Assembly (NCBI GenBank): GCA_964016885.1
Contig: OZ024741.1
Span: 51,770,001-51,834,000 of the forward strand
Origin: Eledone cirrhosa
Taxonomy: Eukaryota
Direction of reading: 5' to 3'
DNA length: 64,000 bases
The translations under genes were made by a program, and so were the position numbers. The notes beneath the pieces are model-generated. The model was not told the origin of the DNA. It saw only the letters and a program-made list of their open reading frames with translations, and searched no databases. Positions 36,441 through 49,834 of this stretch are shown here, piece by piece; the stretch's first letter is position 1, and every line of letters starts with the position of its first letter.

Positions 36441-38416
36441 ATTTAGTAGTTCTATACCTTTACCTCATTAGAATTTTGGGTACTCTTTTGTGTGTGTGTA
36501 CAAAACTGTCTTAAAAAATCATACAAATTAACGGTTAAAGGGAGATTACTAATATAGTTTTTAGATGTAGTCTTTTCGAGCTATCTTCATTGCTCGTGGA
36601 ATACAAAAATATCGAATATATTTGATGATATTAAATTTAATTTAAGAATTTATGTTAGACTTGAGATAATATTTATTTGATGCATGAGACAATGATGTAT
36701 TTCATAGCTACCGCTAGGGTATTGGTAGAATTTGTGGCTTAGGGATGCTGGTTAAAGTTCATGAAAGGTTTAAGGTAACATTAGAGTTTGTTGAGATATA
36801 AATTTAGGGGTTAGCAATTATGTTCAGTCAATATTTACTGCTGGGCCTTAATGCTCCTCCTATTATAAATATGGTAATTTTATAAACAAAGTTTAACTTA
36901 ATCAGTTTGTATTTATATAGACGTTGGTGTTAAGACTATGGCAATCAATAATTTTTCTGCTGTATTATTTAGTAGTTACATCACTTTTATTAAGATTGGT
37001 GTCAGGGCTGGGGTTATGTTATGGTTATTACTAGGACATCAGAGGGGTTTAGGGTGGGCTTAGGTTTGTTATTTAAAGTTAGTCCTAATGTTGACGGACA
37101 TGTTTAGGGTGTAAGTTTAGTGTTAGTCTTTGTTGGGGTTTAAATTTAGGGTTTAACTCTTAAATTCAGTCAGTATTTATTGCTAGGGTTTTGTACTCTC
37201 CCTTCTATCAAACATGTGGTACTTTTATAGACTAAATTCAATGTGTTTGCAATTATACAGTAGTCAGTGTTAATGTTGTAGAGCAATTACTATGCTTTAG
37301 TTAGTAGTTATATCTCTTTTGTGGTAGTTGGGGTTATGTTATGTTTATTGCTAGGACATGGGAGGATTTTAGAGCAGTCCTAGGATTACTGGTTTATGGT
37401 TAGTGGTAATGTTTGCCTGGATTTGCATTTAGGGGTTAGCTGTTTACTGCTAGGCTTTATCGCACAACCTTCTATAATAAATATGGTATTTTTACAGCCA
37501 TCGTTTTTTACACATAAACTCAAAGGTTCTTTTGTTCATATGTCCTGCTAATGAACTTTAGGACGGGGAGGTATATTTTAAAACATACTTTTAAAAAACT
37601 GTAGGATTACTCTCCATTTCATTTAAATATATTTGTTATTCCTAAATTTGATTTCATACATTGGCAATTGTTACGACTAGTGCTAGGACAGCGGACGGCT
37701 TTAGGAGTTAGTTTAAACTTAATGTTATGGTCTGTTTTGGTTTGCTGATAAGGTTAGAATTAATGTTAGCCTGACACAGAATTTGATTTTGTACATGGGC
37801 AATTATATATGTTATGGTTATTTCTAGGACATTGGAGGCTGTTAGAGCTCAGATTTGCTGGTTTAATGTTAGGCTTAATGTTCATGGTCATGGTTAGGGC
37901 TTATGTTTCTGTCTTTATATAGAAGTTAATGTTAAGAGTGTAGAATAATCACTTGTATGTTTTCCACTTCATTATTTAGTAGTTCTATAGCTTTCATTAG
38001 AGTTTTGGGTACTCTTTTGTGTGTGTCTGTGTGTGTACAAAACTGTCTTAAAAAATCATACAAATTAACGGTTAAAGTGAGATTACTAATATAGTTTTTA
38101 GATGTAGTCTTTTCGAGATATCTTCCTTGTTCGTGGAATATAAAAATATGGAACATATTTGATGATATTAAATTTAATTTAAGAATTTATGTTAGACTTG
38201 AGACAATATTTATTTGATGCATGAGACAATTATATATTTTATAGCTATTGCTAGGGTATCAGAAGAATTTGAGGCTTAGGGATGCTGGTTTAGTCTTAAT
38301 TTTTATGAAAGGTTGAAGGTTAGCATTAGAGTATGTTGGGATATGTATTTAGGAGTTAACAATTACGTTCAGTCAATATTTACTGCATTCAAGGACAACA
38401 ATTTGTACATTGATTC

Positions 38417-41356
38417 CATCATCATCATCATCATCATCATCGTTTAACGTCCATCTTCCACGCTTGCATGGGTTTGGACGGGAGTTTTCCCACCTGAGGC
38501 AAGAGTGGTTGTCTTGCTCGCATAGGACTATCTGGCGGGTTTTCTACGGCTGGATGCCCTTCCTAACACCAACCACGTTTACAGTGTGGACTGGGAGGTT
38601 TTTACCGTGTTACCTACATGGCTACATTACAGCGTGGACTGTGTGTTTTTTTGTCGTGACACCTACACGACCTCATTTGTTTCGGACTGGATGTTGTGGT
38701 ACCAACATAACTTTACATTGGAAGGGGTGGTGTGGATGGCGTGGGGGTAGTGGGACGGGGGTGTATTTTTGTTAGAGGTGCCTACTGACTGTAGGTTTCA
38801 CTTTGTACTTAGGTAAGGCGGGTCTTCTGTATTACTGTGTAGCGCCAAAGATCTCAGTCCAGTGACATTGTCTTGGAGAGGTGTAAGTGTGTGAGGACGG
38901 AATTTATCAAGTCGTCCCAGGTTTTTCTGGGTCTGCCTACTCCGTGGCTACCGTCTATTTTTATTGCCCTGCACTTTTTTATACAGCTGTCGTCTTTCAT
39001 GCGTATCACGTGACCATACCAACGCAGTCTTCTCTCGAGTAAACAACATCTGATCCCTCTTATTTCTAATTTTTCCCTTAGTTCGTTTATGCTTTGCCGT
39101 TCACGACGTATATTACTATTACACATCCTGCGGAGCATGCAAGCTTCGTTGCTCTCCAGTCTGCATATATCCTCTGCACACAATGCCCAGGTCTCACTGC
39201 CATGTAACATTGCTGTTCGTATGCAGGCATCATACAGCCTGCCTTTCATTTTTAGAGAGAACCCTTTAGCGGCTAATAGTGGTATAAGCTCTCTGAGCTT
39301 TTTCCATCCAGTTCTGACTCTAGCTACTGTACTTTCAGAGCACCCTCCACCACTGCTGATTTTGTCACCCAAGTAACGGAAGGTGTCCACTATTTCTATA
39401 GAACCATCTGTGCAATGGAATAAGCTAGTATTCTGTGGGCACTTGCTGCTACTTATTGCACCAGAGCACCGGCCACATATAAAATCTATGTTCTTAGTTA
39501 GCTTACCTGTGATCCCACTACATCTTTTATGCACCCATACTTTGCATTTGGGACATAAAATGGAGTTTCTACCTACTCCTTTCCTACACACTGAGCATGG
39601 CCATTTCCCGGATGGGACCGGTGCCCTATTTTCCTTCCTACAAAATAGAACTTTAGTCTTAGACAGGTTAATTCTAAGGCCTTTTGATTCTAGGCCATGC
39701 TTCCATGTTTGGAATTTCTTCTCTAGTTCGGCCATTGATTCAACTATGAGCATTAGATCATCTGCGTATAGGAGTTCCCATGAGCAGCCGGTCTTGAACT
39801 CCACTGTTATAGCCTGAAGGGCAATAATAAATAGTAGGGGGCTAAGAACGGAGCCCTGATGAACACCAACTTTTATGCTAAAATCTTCACTATATTCGTT
39901 GTTAATTCTAACCTTGCTGACTGTTTCTTTATACATGGCTTGAATAGCTCTCATAAGCCATTCATCAACACCTAGTTTTCTAAGAGCCCACCAGATAATG
40001 GAACGGGGGACTCTGTCGAAGGCTTTCTCCAAGTCGACAAAAGCTAAGTAGAGGGGTTTACTTTTAGTTAGGTACTTATCCTGTAGTTGTTGTACAATGA
40101 AAAGAGCGTCTGTGGTACTTTTACCTGACACAAACCCGAACTGCATTTCATCTAGATCAATTCTCTCTCTGATTAGTTGCGCTATTACTTTTTCTGTGAC
40201 CTTCATGACCTGGTCGATTAATATAATGCCTCTATAGTTACTCCTATCTAGGGCATCTCCTTTACCCTTGTAGCAGTTAATGATGATGCTGCTACGCCAG
40301 TCCTTCGGAACAACCCCATTCTGTATGACTTGGTTTACTATCCGGGTGACCATGGTGTGTCCCACCGTTCCAGAAGCTTTCAGCATTTCAGCAACTATTT
40401 CCGAAGCCCCAGCCATCTTACCCGTCTTCATATCTTTGATCGCCTTACTTATTATATTACCTTCGACTAACACTGCTGGTCCCTCTATTGGGTCGATGTG
40501 GGGGGGGGGGGAGACTGTCTTTCTCCCATTTATTCTCCTCATTTAGTAGCTTTTTGTAGTGACACTTCCAAGCTACCTTCTTATCAGCGTCAGTGATGGC
40601 AAGTACACCATCATCATTAAGGACACACTTCTCCCCGACAATATCACAGTTCTCCTTGACACATTGCCTAGCAATCCTGAACACCTCACGTTTTTGGTCC
40701 TCGCGTTGTAGAACATGCTTGAACTTTCTTTCCTCTGCTTCCCTTCTTGTGTAGTACACTTGTCTCCTAGCTTCCCTCCTGGCCACTTGATAGTCTTCTC
40801 TACTTCCCCCATCCTGCCATATTTTCCAAGCCTGCTTTTTGGCCTTAATTGACTCCTCTACCTTACTGTTACTCCCCTCCTGCCAATAGGCCTGCTCCAG
40901 CCACAGATTTCGATTGCCGCCATCAGCAGGTTTGCTTTCAGGAATCCCCACTGTTCCTCTATATTGTACGACTCTAAAAGCTCTTCCTTACTGTCGAAAG
41001 CATCAAGTAATATGCTTTTAAATTTATTACTGGCTGTGGGGTCCTTTAGCTTCCATATTTTTCTCCTGAGGATAGTCCTCTTCTGTTGTCGAGTACGTCT
41101 TGTCCTGACTATGAGGTCGCTAATTATCAGTCTATGTTGGGAGGTGCATTCTTCATGGGGGAGGGATTTAGTGTTTACAACAGACACTCTGTCACGTCTT
41201 CTGGTAAGAATATAATCTACCTGGCTGGTATGTTCCCCTGATCTGTAGGTGATCAAGTGATTGTCTCGTTTTTTGAAGTTAGTGTTACAGATAGTTAGGT
41301 TATTTGCGTCACAGAATTCCAGGATTCTGGAGCCTTCCTCATTTCTAGTACCAAAG
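38417..41356 (-). mobile_element. RTE-clade LINE subfamily A (longest copy; APE C-terminus plus RT)
   Basis: TYRSGEHTSQVDYIL...SQHRL (APE end); ORF 38854..40542 RT; frameshifts; (CAT)n tail. Confidence 0.94.
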
Positions 41357-42235
41357 TATATGATTATCTGCAGGGGATGGCAGGTTGTTCTGATTTAGTT
41401 TCCCAGAGTTTTTTCAGTTTTTTTATTGCCAGTTGTTGTGGGTACAGTGTTTTCAGACCAGCTGGTATCCCTTTTCCATGTTTCACCAGCCTTAACAAAC
41501 TTCCATATCATTTATTACATTTAGTACATTTTATTATAAATATGGTAATGAAATGGTTAAGAAAATAAGTGTTATATAATTCTGAAATTCTGACTTTTAA
41601 CAAATTATTTTACATTGGTTTTAACAATCAATATTCCATTTTTTCTCATCAATGGAAATAGTGATTCATTGTATTATAGTGCGACTAACTAAGATTTCCT
41701 CAGACACCTTGACTATTTATGTAACCCTCAGGCAGATTCAGTGTGATACTGTGTGGGACAAAAACTGATTCTTTTATATATATGTAAAATCCATCCCATA
41801 GGTAAGTTTTGATAATTCAATTCATTTATTTACATGCTAATACAAAGAAAATCATACACCATCTGCCCAATTTCTCTCAGAAAGCTTTAATGAAATCAAA
41901 GCTAAGCAAGAAGACACTTGCTCTATATGTCTCAAAGCCTGAGTCATAATTGTTACAAAAATGATCTACCTGACAATTTGACCAACATTGTGCCATATGT
42001 TGACATAAAATATATAGGAGACAATACTATATTTTGATATAAAATCATGTAGATTAGTAGTTAGGATGTTGAACTCACAATAGTAAGGTTGTGAATTCAA
42101 TTTATACACACATACAGTATATATATATATATATATCATCATCATCATCATCATATTCGTTTAACTATCTTCCACGCTAGTATGGGTTATATATATATAT
42201 ACATATATATATGTATATATATGTGTGTGTGTGTA

Positions 42236-42427
42236 CAGTATATACTCGAATATAAGCCGAGGAATATGGGACAGAAAAATCAATGGTAGAAAGGGGATTG
42301 ACTTATATTCAGGATCAATATTTTGACGATTTTCCCCAACTACAAATTCTACATAAATAAGGTTGGGATTTTTGCCCATTTCTCAGACATAAAATAGTGG
42401 GGTCAGCTTATATTTGAGTATATATGG
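42236..42427. mobile_element. Tc1/mariner-pogo (Tigger-like) MITE
   Basis: TA-flanked TIRs CAGTATATACTCGAATATAAGCCGA / TCAGCTTATATTTGAGTATATATGG. Confidence 0.75.
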
Positions 42428-42496
42428 TAAATATATATAACTGTCTAACCCATGGTTATATATATATATTTACCATATATACTCAAATATAATTTA

Positions 42497-42860
42497 CCAG
42501 TCAGTAGGCACCTCCAAACCAAACATACACCCCAACCCACTACCCCTACTCCATCCTTCCACTCCCACCAACACCACCCTTTCTCTGTAAAGTTATGTTG
42601 GTACCACAGCATCCATTCCAACACGACAAATTTTGTCACGACAAAAAAACACACAGTCCATGCTGTAATGTGGTCGTGTAGGTAACACGGTAAAAAGCTT
42701 CCAGTCCATATTGTAAATGTGGAAGAGCATCCAGCTGTAGAACACCTGCCAGATAGTCCTATACGAGCGAGACACAGTCATCCGACCAATCTTGCTTCAA
42801 GTGGGACAATTCCCGTCTAACCCATGCTAGCGTGGAAGATAGACGTACAACGATGATGAT
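42497..42860 (+). mobile_element. RTE LINE 3' UTR fragment
   Basis: Similar to 56137-56499; ends GATGATGAT. Confidence 0.85.
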
Positions 42861-42919
42861 TAAACCAACTTAACTCATCCCACAAAATTGATGGCTTTGT
42901 GTCAGTCTTAGTTATTGAA

Positions 42920-43235
42920 GGTGTGTGGCTTTGTGGTTAGGATATTTGGTTTACAATTGTGAGGTTGTGAGTTCGATTCCTGGCAGTACATTGTCCTTGA
43001 GCAAGACATTTTATTTCATGCTGCTCCTGTCCACTCAGCTGGTAAAAATTAGTTGTACCTGTAGTTCAAATGGCCAGCCTTGTAACATTCTATGTCATGC
43101 TGAATCTCCCTGAGAACTATGTTAAGTGTACACATGTCTGTGGAATGCTCAGTCACTTGCACGTTAATTTCATGAACAGGCTGTTCCATTGATCCGATCA
43201 TCTGGAACACTCATCGTAGTAACCAACAGAGTACC
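42920..43235 (+). mobile_element. tRNA-derived CORE SINE with a different 3' body
   Basis: GAGTTCGATTCC B-box and TCCTTGAGCAAGAC core. The 3' body recurs at about 43460-43625. Confidence 0.65.
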
Positions 43236-44229
43236 TTTAAAAGTTATTGTTATCATATTTACCAGCATCAGCCATGTACATCGAGGACTACATTACTCAT
43301 GTCTTTTCTTATTTACTGTGGGTACAGAATAACTAAGGAGTTTACTTCATAATCATTAGGTCCAGGGTTTGATCATAATCCTTTATCGCAGCCTCAGGTT
43401 GACCTAAGAGTGGTGAGTAAAATTTGGTAGAAGGAAGCTGTTTCAAAGCCCATCAAATGAACTGTACCTGTAATATAAAGGGCCAACCTTAACACACAAT
43501 ATGTCATGTTAAATCTCACTGAGAATTACATTAAGGGTACAGTGTCAGGGGAATACTCAACCAATTAGGTGTTAATTTCATGAGCAGGATGTTCCATTGA
43601 TAGAACAAATGGAACACTCATCTTCAAAACTGAAGAAGATTCATTGTTTATTTGTGACAATTGTGATTTCACTGTAAGATTTAGCTTCAATTTCTAACTG
43701 GTCACAGTATAGTGGGAATGAAAGTATCTGTAACAAGTATTTATGAAATGAAGTAATTAACTCTATTGAATTTATATGAATGGATGATGCACCTGAATGA
43801 GGTAGTCAAATGTTCCTCATTTCAGGGTCAGAATAATAATATTTCACAATTTGATCACTATTATAGCACCAAACAACGGAATAACAATGTAAATATGTAA
43901 ATATAGCTTTCCAGGATTTTGATAATTTTTAATCCATAGGAATTTTTGAACTGTCTTTCTTGCTTTTTTTATGTACACGTCTCATTTTAATTTATTTACA
44001 TACAGCCGTCCTTTCATACACAGGAAGAAACTCTTTGTTGTCAGCCGAAGGTGTAGCTCTCTAAACTTCTTCCATGCTATCCTTAGTCTAGCTATTATGC
44101 TCTCAGAGCAACCTCCACCTGCTGATAATTAGATCACCAAGGTAGCCACAAGTAGTTTAAAAGCAAAGAGTCTTACTACATCAATGTAGAAAAATAACAT
44201 GGGAGTAGATATTGTCTGAGAGTTTATGG

Positions 44230-45225
44230 TAGAGGTTTCCAAACTCTGTGTCACCATACTTTAGTTTATCACCAATAATCTATAGATGTGTCACAAAATC
44301 AACTCAAATCTAATTAATCTTTATATAATGGAGGCACATGGCTTAGTGGTTAGAGCATTGGCCTTGCAATTGAAAGGTTGTGAGTTCAATTCTCAGACCG
44401 GGTGATGTGTTGTTTCCTTGAGCAAGACACTTTATTTCACATTGCTCCAGTTTACTCAGCTGTAGAAATGAGATGATAGGGACTGGGGTCCCTATCATTC
44501 CACTGCCAAGTGGTCATGCAGGTGCCACAGCAAAAAAGCACCCAGCACTCACTGTAAATGAGGTTGGTGTTAGGAAGGGCATCCAGCTGTAAAAATCAAG
44601 CCAGAATCAGTTCCCGTCCCACCCTTGCAAGCAGGGAAAAAGCGGACATAAAATGAAATGAATGAAATGAATGATATGTTTAGTTGTGAAGAATATTTGA
44701 AAACTGACAAGGTTGTGTATGATTAGATATGTGATTGGTTACATGTGGTATGATAATTTACTTGTTTAGTTAATAACTTCATGTTTAGTAAAATGGATGA
44801 GTTTTTTAAGGAAAGAAATTCTGCTGAAGATAATAGTGAAAAATCAACAGAATGTAGTGCTAACATGAAATTACTTTAGAATCCAATATTAAAGGTTTTA
44901 TATTAATAGGTAAGAAATGCATGAACATTTTTCTAAACCTCCTTTATACAATGACGATTATATGAAACTGTGTTTTACATTTTCTGATGAAAGAAATCTT
45001 TGTCCCCAATGTTTGGTCTGTGGAAATTATGGTGTTGAATAAATTAAAGGGCCATTTTGCTTCCAAACATTATCATTTGTTAGAAAAGCCATTCAAACAC
45101 TTCAAGGTGATTTCGAAATCTATTTAGAGTCAATCTGCAGTATTTCCCAAGAAATAAGTTACTTAGTTGTTCAAATAATAACAAAAAATAAGGGGCCACG
45201 TATTATTGCTGAAACCATTATAAAA
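44230..45225 (+). pseudogene. hAT Buster/Charlie-type transposon 5' relic
   Basis: TIR-like TAGAGGTTTCCAAACT and degenerate YMKLCFTF...CPQCLVCG...KLKGHFASKH...KPF and SYLV...AETII. Confidence 0.65.
44330..44672 (+). mobile_element. Full-length SINE: tRNA head, CORE and RTE-B-derived 3' end
   Basis: TGGCTTAGTGG / GAGTTCAATTC boxes; the 3' part matches the subfamily B LINE 3' UTR. Confidence 0.88.
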
Positions 45226-45229
45226 TATT

Positions 45230-45484
45230 TTGATTGGTGTCTCCATTGAATTGGTGTGCCCTGAGTGTGGAAAAATTTGCTTGAGCAAATCTGGTCTCAG
45301 GAGCCACAGTCACAGCCATGTTCAAGGAGAACCAGTGAACTATGACCTCCATGGTATTGTGAAGGTTCACAGGCAACCTGATGCAAAACCTGAGGTCAGG
45401 GGGATCCATAGTTGTCGTCAATGTGCAAAGGAGTGCAAGCCTCTAGCAGGCTTGAAAAGCCATATCCAAGCATCACACATTTGA
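45230..45484 (+). pseudogene. LINE 3' fragment with two C2H2 fingers (RTE/BovB-like C-terminus)
   Basis: CPECGKICLSKSGLRSH and CRQCAKECKPLAGLKSH, followed by a short UTR and (TATG)n. Confidence 0.55.
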
Positions 45485-46329
45485 ATCTGACAAGTGATTG
45501 CAATACTCTTAGCAAAGTTTGTAGCTATCATGTATGTATGCATGGGGTCATGCACGTACTCAGTTAGGTGCTCAAGGACACAGCTCACCATGAGTGAGAG
45601 ACACTAAGCTCTCGGACATAATTTTAGGAGAAGGAAAACTCTGATGTAAAACCTGCGACTCGATGGCAACCAATGATGTTGACCTGTTCTTCTTATTGGA
45701 TACCTGTCACTGTTGTTCAGAGGGTGGGATTGGTCCAGTGCACAGCCTTTCTTTACTTAAAATAGCTTCAAGCACAGTCATCACTTGATCTAAATGACTT
45801 TCACATGTGTTGCATCAGCATGAAATTTTATTTTTTCTTTCACTGCAACATATGTAGAAAGAGATATAAGTCCTTAGCAAGACTAAAAGGTCATATTCAT
45901 GCCACTCATGTATGAGAAAAAGATCAAGAGAGGGCAATTCTTGAAACTTTCTCTTAATTTCGAGTACATTTTTGACCGCCCACCTTCCTGGTAGCAAGGT
46001 TGTAAAAGAAAAGAAATTGTCATCCCTTGAATCACAAGAATGTTTTGCAAATATTGACGGTGCCAGCTATTGCGGCCATTTGTAGTCTATGAATTAGGGA
46101 GCTTCACTCTTTCTCCACAAATCCAAGTTTAGTCATACTTTGGTCCAAGCGAGTTGGTATATAACCTGTTGGTATATAATGGGTATAAAGCTGAAGGTGA
46201 ATCTTGGATACTGGATCTTCAAACTCCTCATCAATGGTCAGTAGATATCTTCCTTCTCCTGTATTTTTCTTACAACTTTGACATCAAGTGGGCAGCTGAT
46301 CTCTACAACAGAACACGTTTCCAATGAGT

Positions 46330-48700
46330 GGTCCCAAATAACAATATCAGGCCAGTTGCGCTTAAATATGGTGGCTGTTTTTATTTTCAGGTTCCTTAGT
46401 GTCATCTATCTCAACATATTCCTCCTTGTTTTTAACTTTGTTTTCCTTAGTATGATCCAGAAGGTTCTAGCTATCACATCGTGTCTCACAGTGAGGTAGT
46501 AGTGAGACGGCATTCTTTCACAGCTGCCAACAATGTCACTAACATCTTCGATCTTTGTTTTACATAGCCTACATTTATTGTTGAGTGATGGCCCTCCACT
46601 TTTGTGCAGCAGATATTTGGTAGGGATTTATTGTTACTGACTCTATGGTCTGTGTTTTTCGTCTCAGGTACCCATGCACAACTTTCTCTGTAATTTGGTC
46701 CATTTTTTTTATCTTGTTTGAGCATTGAATAGGATCTTCCAATGTTCCTGGGAGAGAGATTTATATTAGGCCTTATTCCATGTCTCTCCTCTAGATCAGT
46801 GGCTATCCTAATTATATTATTTTCTTTATGCTCATAAATCTGGGCCAGATGGTTGCCGACCTTTTTCTTCTGTTGACAATGTTACTATCTGGGTCTCGTA
46901 TGATGTTAATATGGATTTTAGACCACGGCCACCTTCCTTGCATGAGAAGTATAGCCTATCCACATCACTATTGATGTTAAAGTTTTCAGTAACACTGAGA
47001 AGCTTGCAAGTTCTTACATGCATCTCACTTAGTTCTTGCAATGACCAGTTCAGCAGACCAAATGTTGGTGTTAGGATTGGCACAGCATAAGTATTGTGGG
47101 GAATGTATTTATTGTACGCTGATAGTTCTGATGACCATATTTTCTTTACTCTCCTAGGGTATTCAGTTCTGGTTCTCTCCTTATTTATGGATCCATCATA
47201 TCTGACATTCTCATCCTGTCCAAGATATCTGTAGTTGTCACCTGACTGTAGAGGTTGTATTGTCAAGCCATTCATCTCTAGATTTCCAGAGTGGGGAACA
47301 ACCCTTCCATGTTTTACTGTCAAATATGCACATTTGGACTCACCAAATTTCATTCTGATGTCTGCAGAAAATTGTGTAATGAGGTCCAATTGTTTTTTAA
47401 TACAGTTGGTACTTGACCCATACAACTTCAGGTCATCAACAAAGAAAAGATGGGAGATACTTCTGGACCTACTTCTATGACTACTTTGTTTTGTGAGCAG
47501 GTATGATAGTGGGTTTAGTGTGAGGATGAAGAGCAGCATTGATAAGCTATCACCATGAAAGATGCCTTTCTGGTACTGTATTGTATACAGTCTCAATTTG
47601 CTCCTTCTCATCCCTAAGGATAAATTTGGTGTACCAGTTCTTGGTCAGACGTTCAACAGCAGCTACTAGTGGTTGTGGGACTTTGGTTAACTGTAAAGCC
47701 TTAATAATCCAGCCATGAGGTACACTATCGAAGGCCTTCTAATAGTCCAGCCATACCACAGTCATGTTCCTGCGATTCTTTGCTGTTATTTCCTGTATCA
47801 TTTTATTTGTTAGTAGGTGATCTATGCAGCCCCAAACCTCCTACTTTCCACCAGCTTGTCCAGGTGTTATAATGTTGTTGGTGGAAAGAACAGATTAAGG
47901 CACCCAGTGTATAATTTGTACATGATGTTCTGGCAGGCTATTGGGTGGTCATTTTTAGCAAGGTTGGTTTGGCTATTTTGAGGGATGAGGAGAGTAGTGG
48001 CAGTTCTTGTGTGTCCTTGAAGCTTTTTCTAAAGAGCCGTCTGAGATCTTGCAGATTAGAAGGTAAAATTCTTAAGCCAGTATCCTGTTATTGGTCTGGA
48101 CCTGGTGATTTCCTATTCAACATGTTCTGTAGAGCTGTTTCCAGTATTGACCTATCTATGTCATATTGTTTTTTCTGGACATGCTGGCAATATTCCTGTT
48201 CCAGTTCTTTTAGCCATTTAGTTTGTTTGTTAAATCCATCAATTGTTTCTAAGAAAGATCTTCAGTAGCTCTCAACCTGTTCTTTTGTTATTTACAGAGA
48301 TTGAGCTTTTGCCACTGAAGCTGCGATAAACTGATTTAGGATCTCTGGCAAATAATCTATTTAGCACTTGCCGTTTATATGCTGTTGACTTATATTTTAA
48401 TCATTCTGCTGCAGCTGTGAGTTGTTGTTTCAGCTGGTTTAGAGTTTTAAATCTTGTATCTCCAAATCACCTCTAGTTTTTTTTCTTTAGTCTTCCTGGA
48501 TGTCGTGTGAAGTTGTTCTCTATGTTGCATTTTATAACTACAGGGATCTGTGAGATATTTAAACTCGGGACAAAATTTTATTTTTTAAATTACGCATCCA
48601 CACTGGTTCAGTTTGTATCTTGGTTGCATGGTTTTAGGTGTTTACAATAGGATAGCAATGTGATAGCAGAAACATATATCAAAATCTTAATCATTTCATA
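46330..48700 (-). pseudogene. R4/Dong-type RLE non-LTR retrotransposon, decayed
   Basis: GIFHGDSLSMLLF, SHLFFVDDLKLY, YRYLG, DVDRLY...GGRGL, and the RLE motif RNWPDIVIWD near 46330-46370. Ends are approximate. Confidence 0.82.
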
Positions 48701-49834
48701 TGTTTTTTACACACCTTTGGACCGTGTGGCCTTCAGATAATTGTCAGCTATTTCGTTCACTGCTTCCAATTCCAAATTTGTGTGTGTATGTGTGTGGAGA
48801 GTCTGATTTCGGTGTTGTATGGTCCGTTACTCACATTAAGGCTGTGTATCTCTTGAAACATATCATCCTATATCACTTGTAAGGTGCCCACAAGTTTTTT
48901 GTGTACTTTTGTACAGTAGCGGCATGGATTTCAGCTATATTGTTGATGTGCTGTTACTGTTAGATTTAGCTGACCATTCTCTCTGTCCATCAGCGGAAGT
49001 GGGATGATTGTTTTCAATGGCTGTCTTTATAGTGTCACTCAGTTCCGTTAGATGTATCAATTTACATCTAATACGTTTTGCCTGATGATTTAAATGTTTT
49101 GGGGGAAAGGCTAATTCTGGGTGTTTGGAGTTCTACAAAGTTTTCGGCCTCTGCATAAAACCGAACTTTGGGAAGCCAGATTGTTTATATGCTTCATATA
49201 CATATTTGTTGAGATCGTAGTTCCATTGTATACAATGGTTGTAGTTGCGATGTGGTTAAAGGAGACTTATACGTTTAACCATGATGAGTTCATCATTCAC
49301 TAATATTTGAATTTATTTTTCAAAATTGACGATGATCTTCTTAAAAAATTTCGACAAAATTTTGTCGGAATTAAATTTAAAACTTGGGTAATATTTCCTT
49401 TCAGGTAGTTTTTAATTCTACAAGTGTATTTTAAACGTTCATATTTAGAATTTTCTTTTTATTTGTGTTAGGTGAATCGTTTTGCAACGCTACTTAATAT
49501 ATTTCTTTACGAATGTAATATAATAACTGTTTCTACTTTTGGCACAAGGCCAGCAATAACCCAATGCATTACTGGTACTTTATTCTATCGACCCCGGAAG
49601 GATGAAAGGCAAAGTTAACTCCATGCTTTGAAGCATAGAGTTACCTCCCTGTATGATCCGAATGTAATATAATAACGCAGTATTTATATATTAACATCTA
49701 TGTAACGTTTATATGTTAAAATCTATGTATCGTTCATATAAATAAATGTTTTAGGTATTACGTATGTATGAATGCAGCGCCGGTGCCAAACTATCTGGCA
49801 CCCTAGGCAAGGTTAGATTCCGACGCCCTCACCC

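Larger units (their letters stand above)
34885..38390. repeat. Degenerate tandem array (about 300-bp scale) rich in TTAGG(G)/GGTTAG, with an internal duplication
   Basis: Recurrent CTAGGACAT...GGTTTA...TTAGGGGTTAG blocks; 36200-36840 is similar to 37905-38385. Confidence 0.7.

Noticed and set aside
45230-45484. Host C2H2 zinc-finger gene exon
   Set aside because: It lacks TGEKP linkers, interrupts a hAT relic and ends in a simple-repeat tail, so it fits a LINE C-terminus better.
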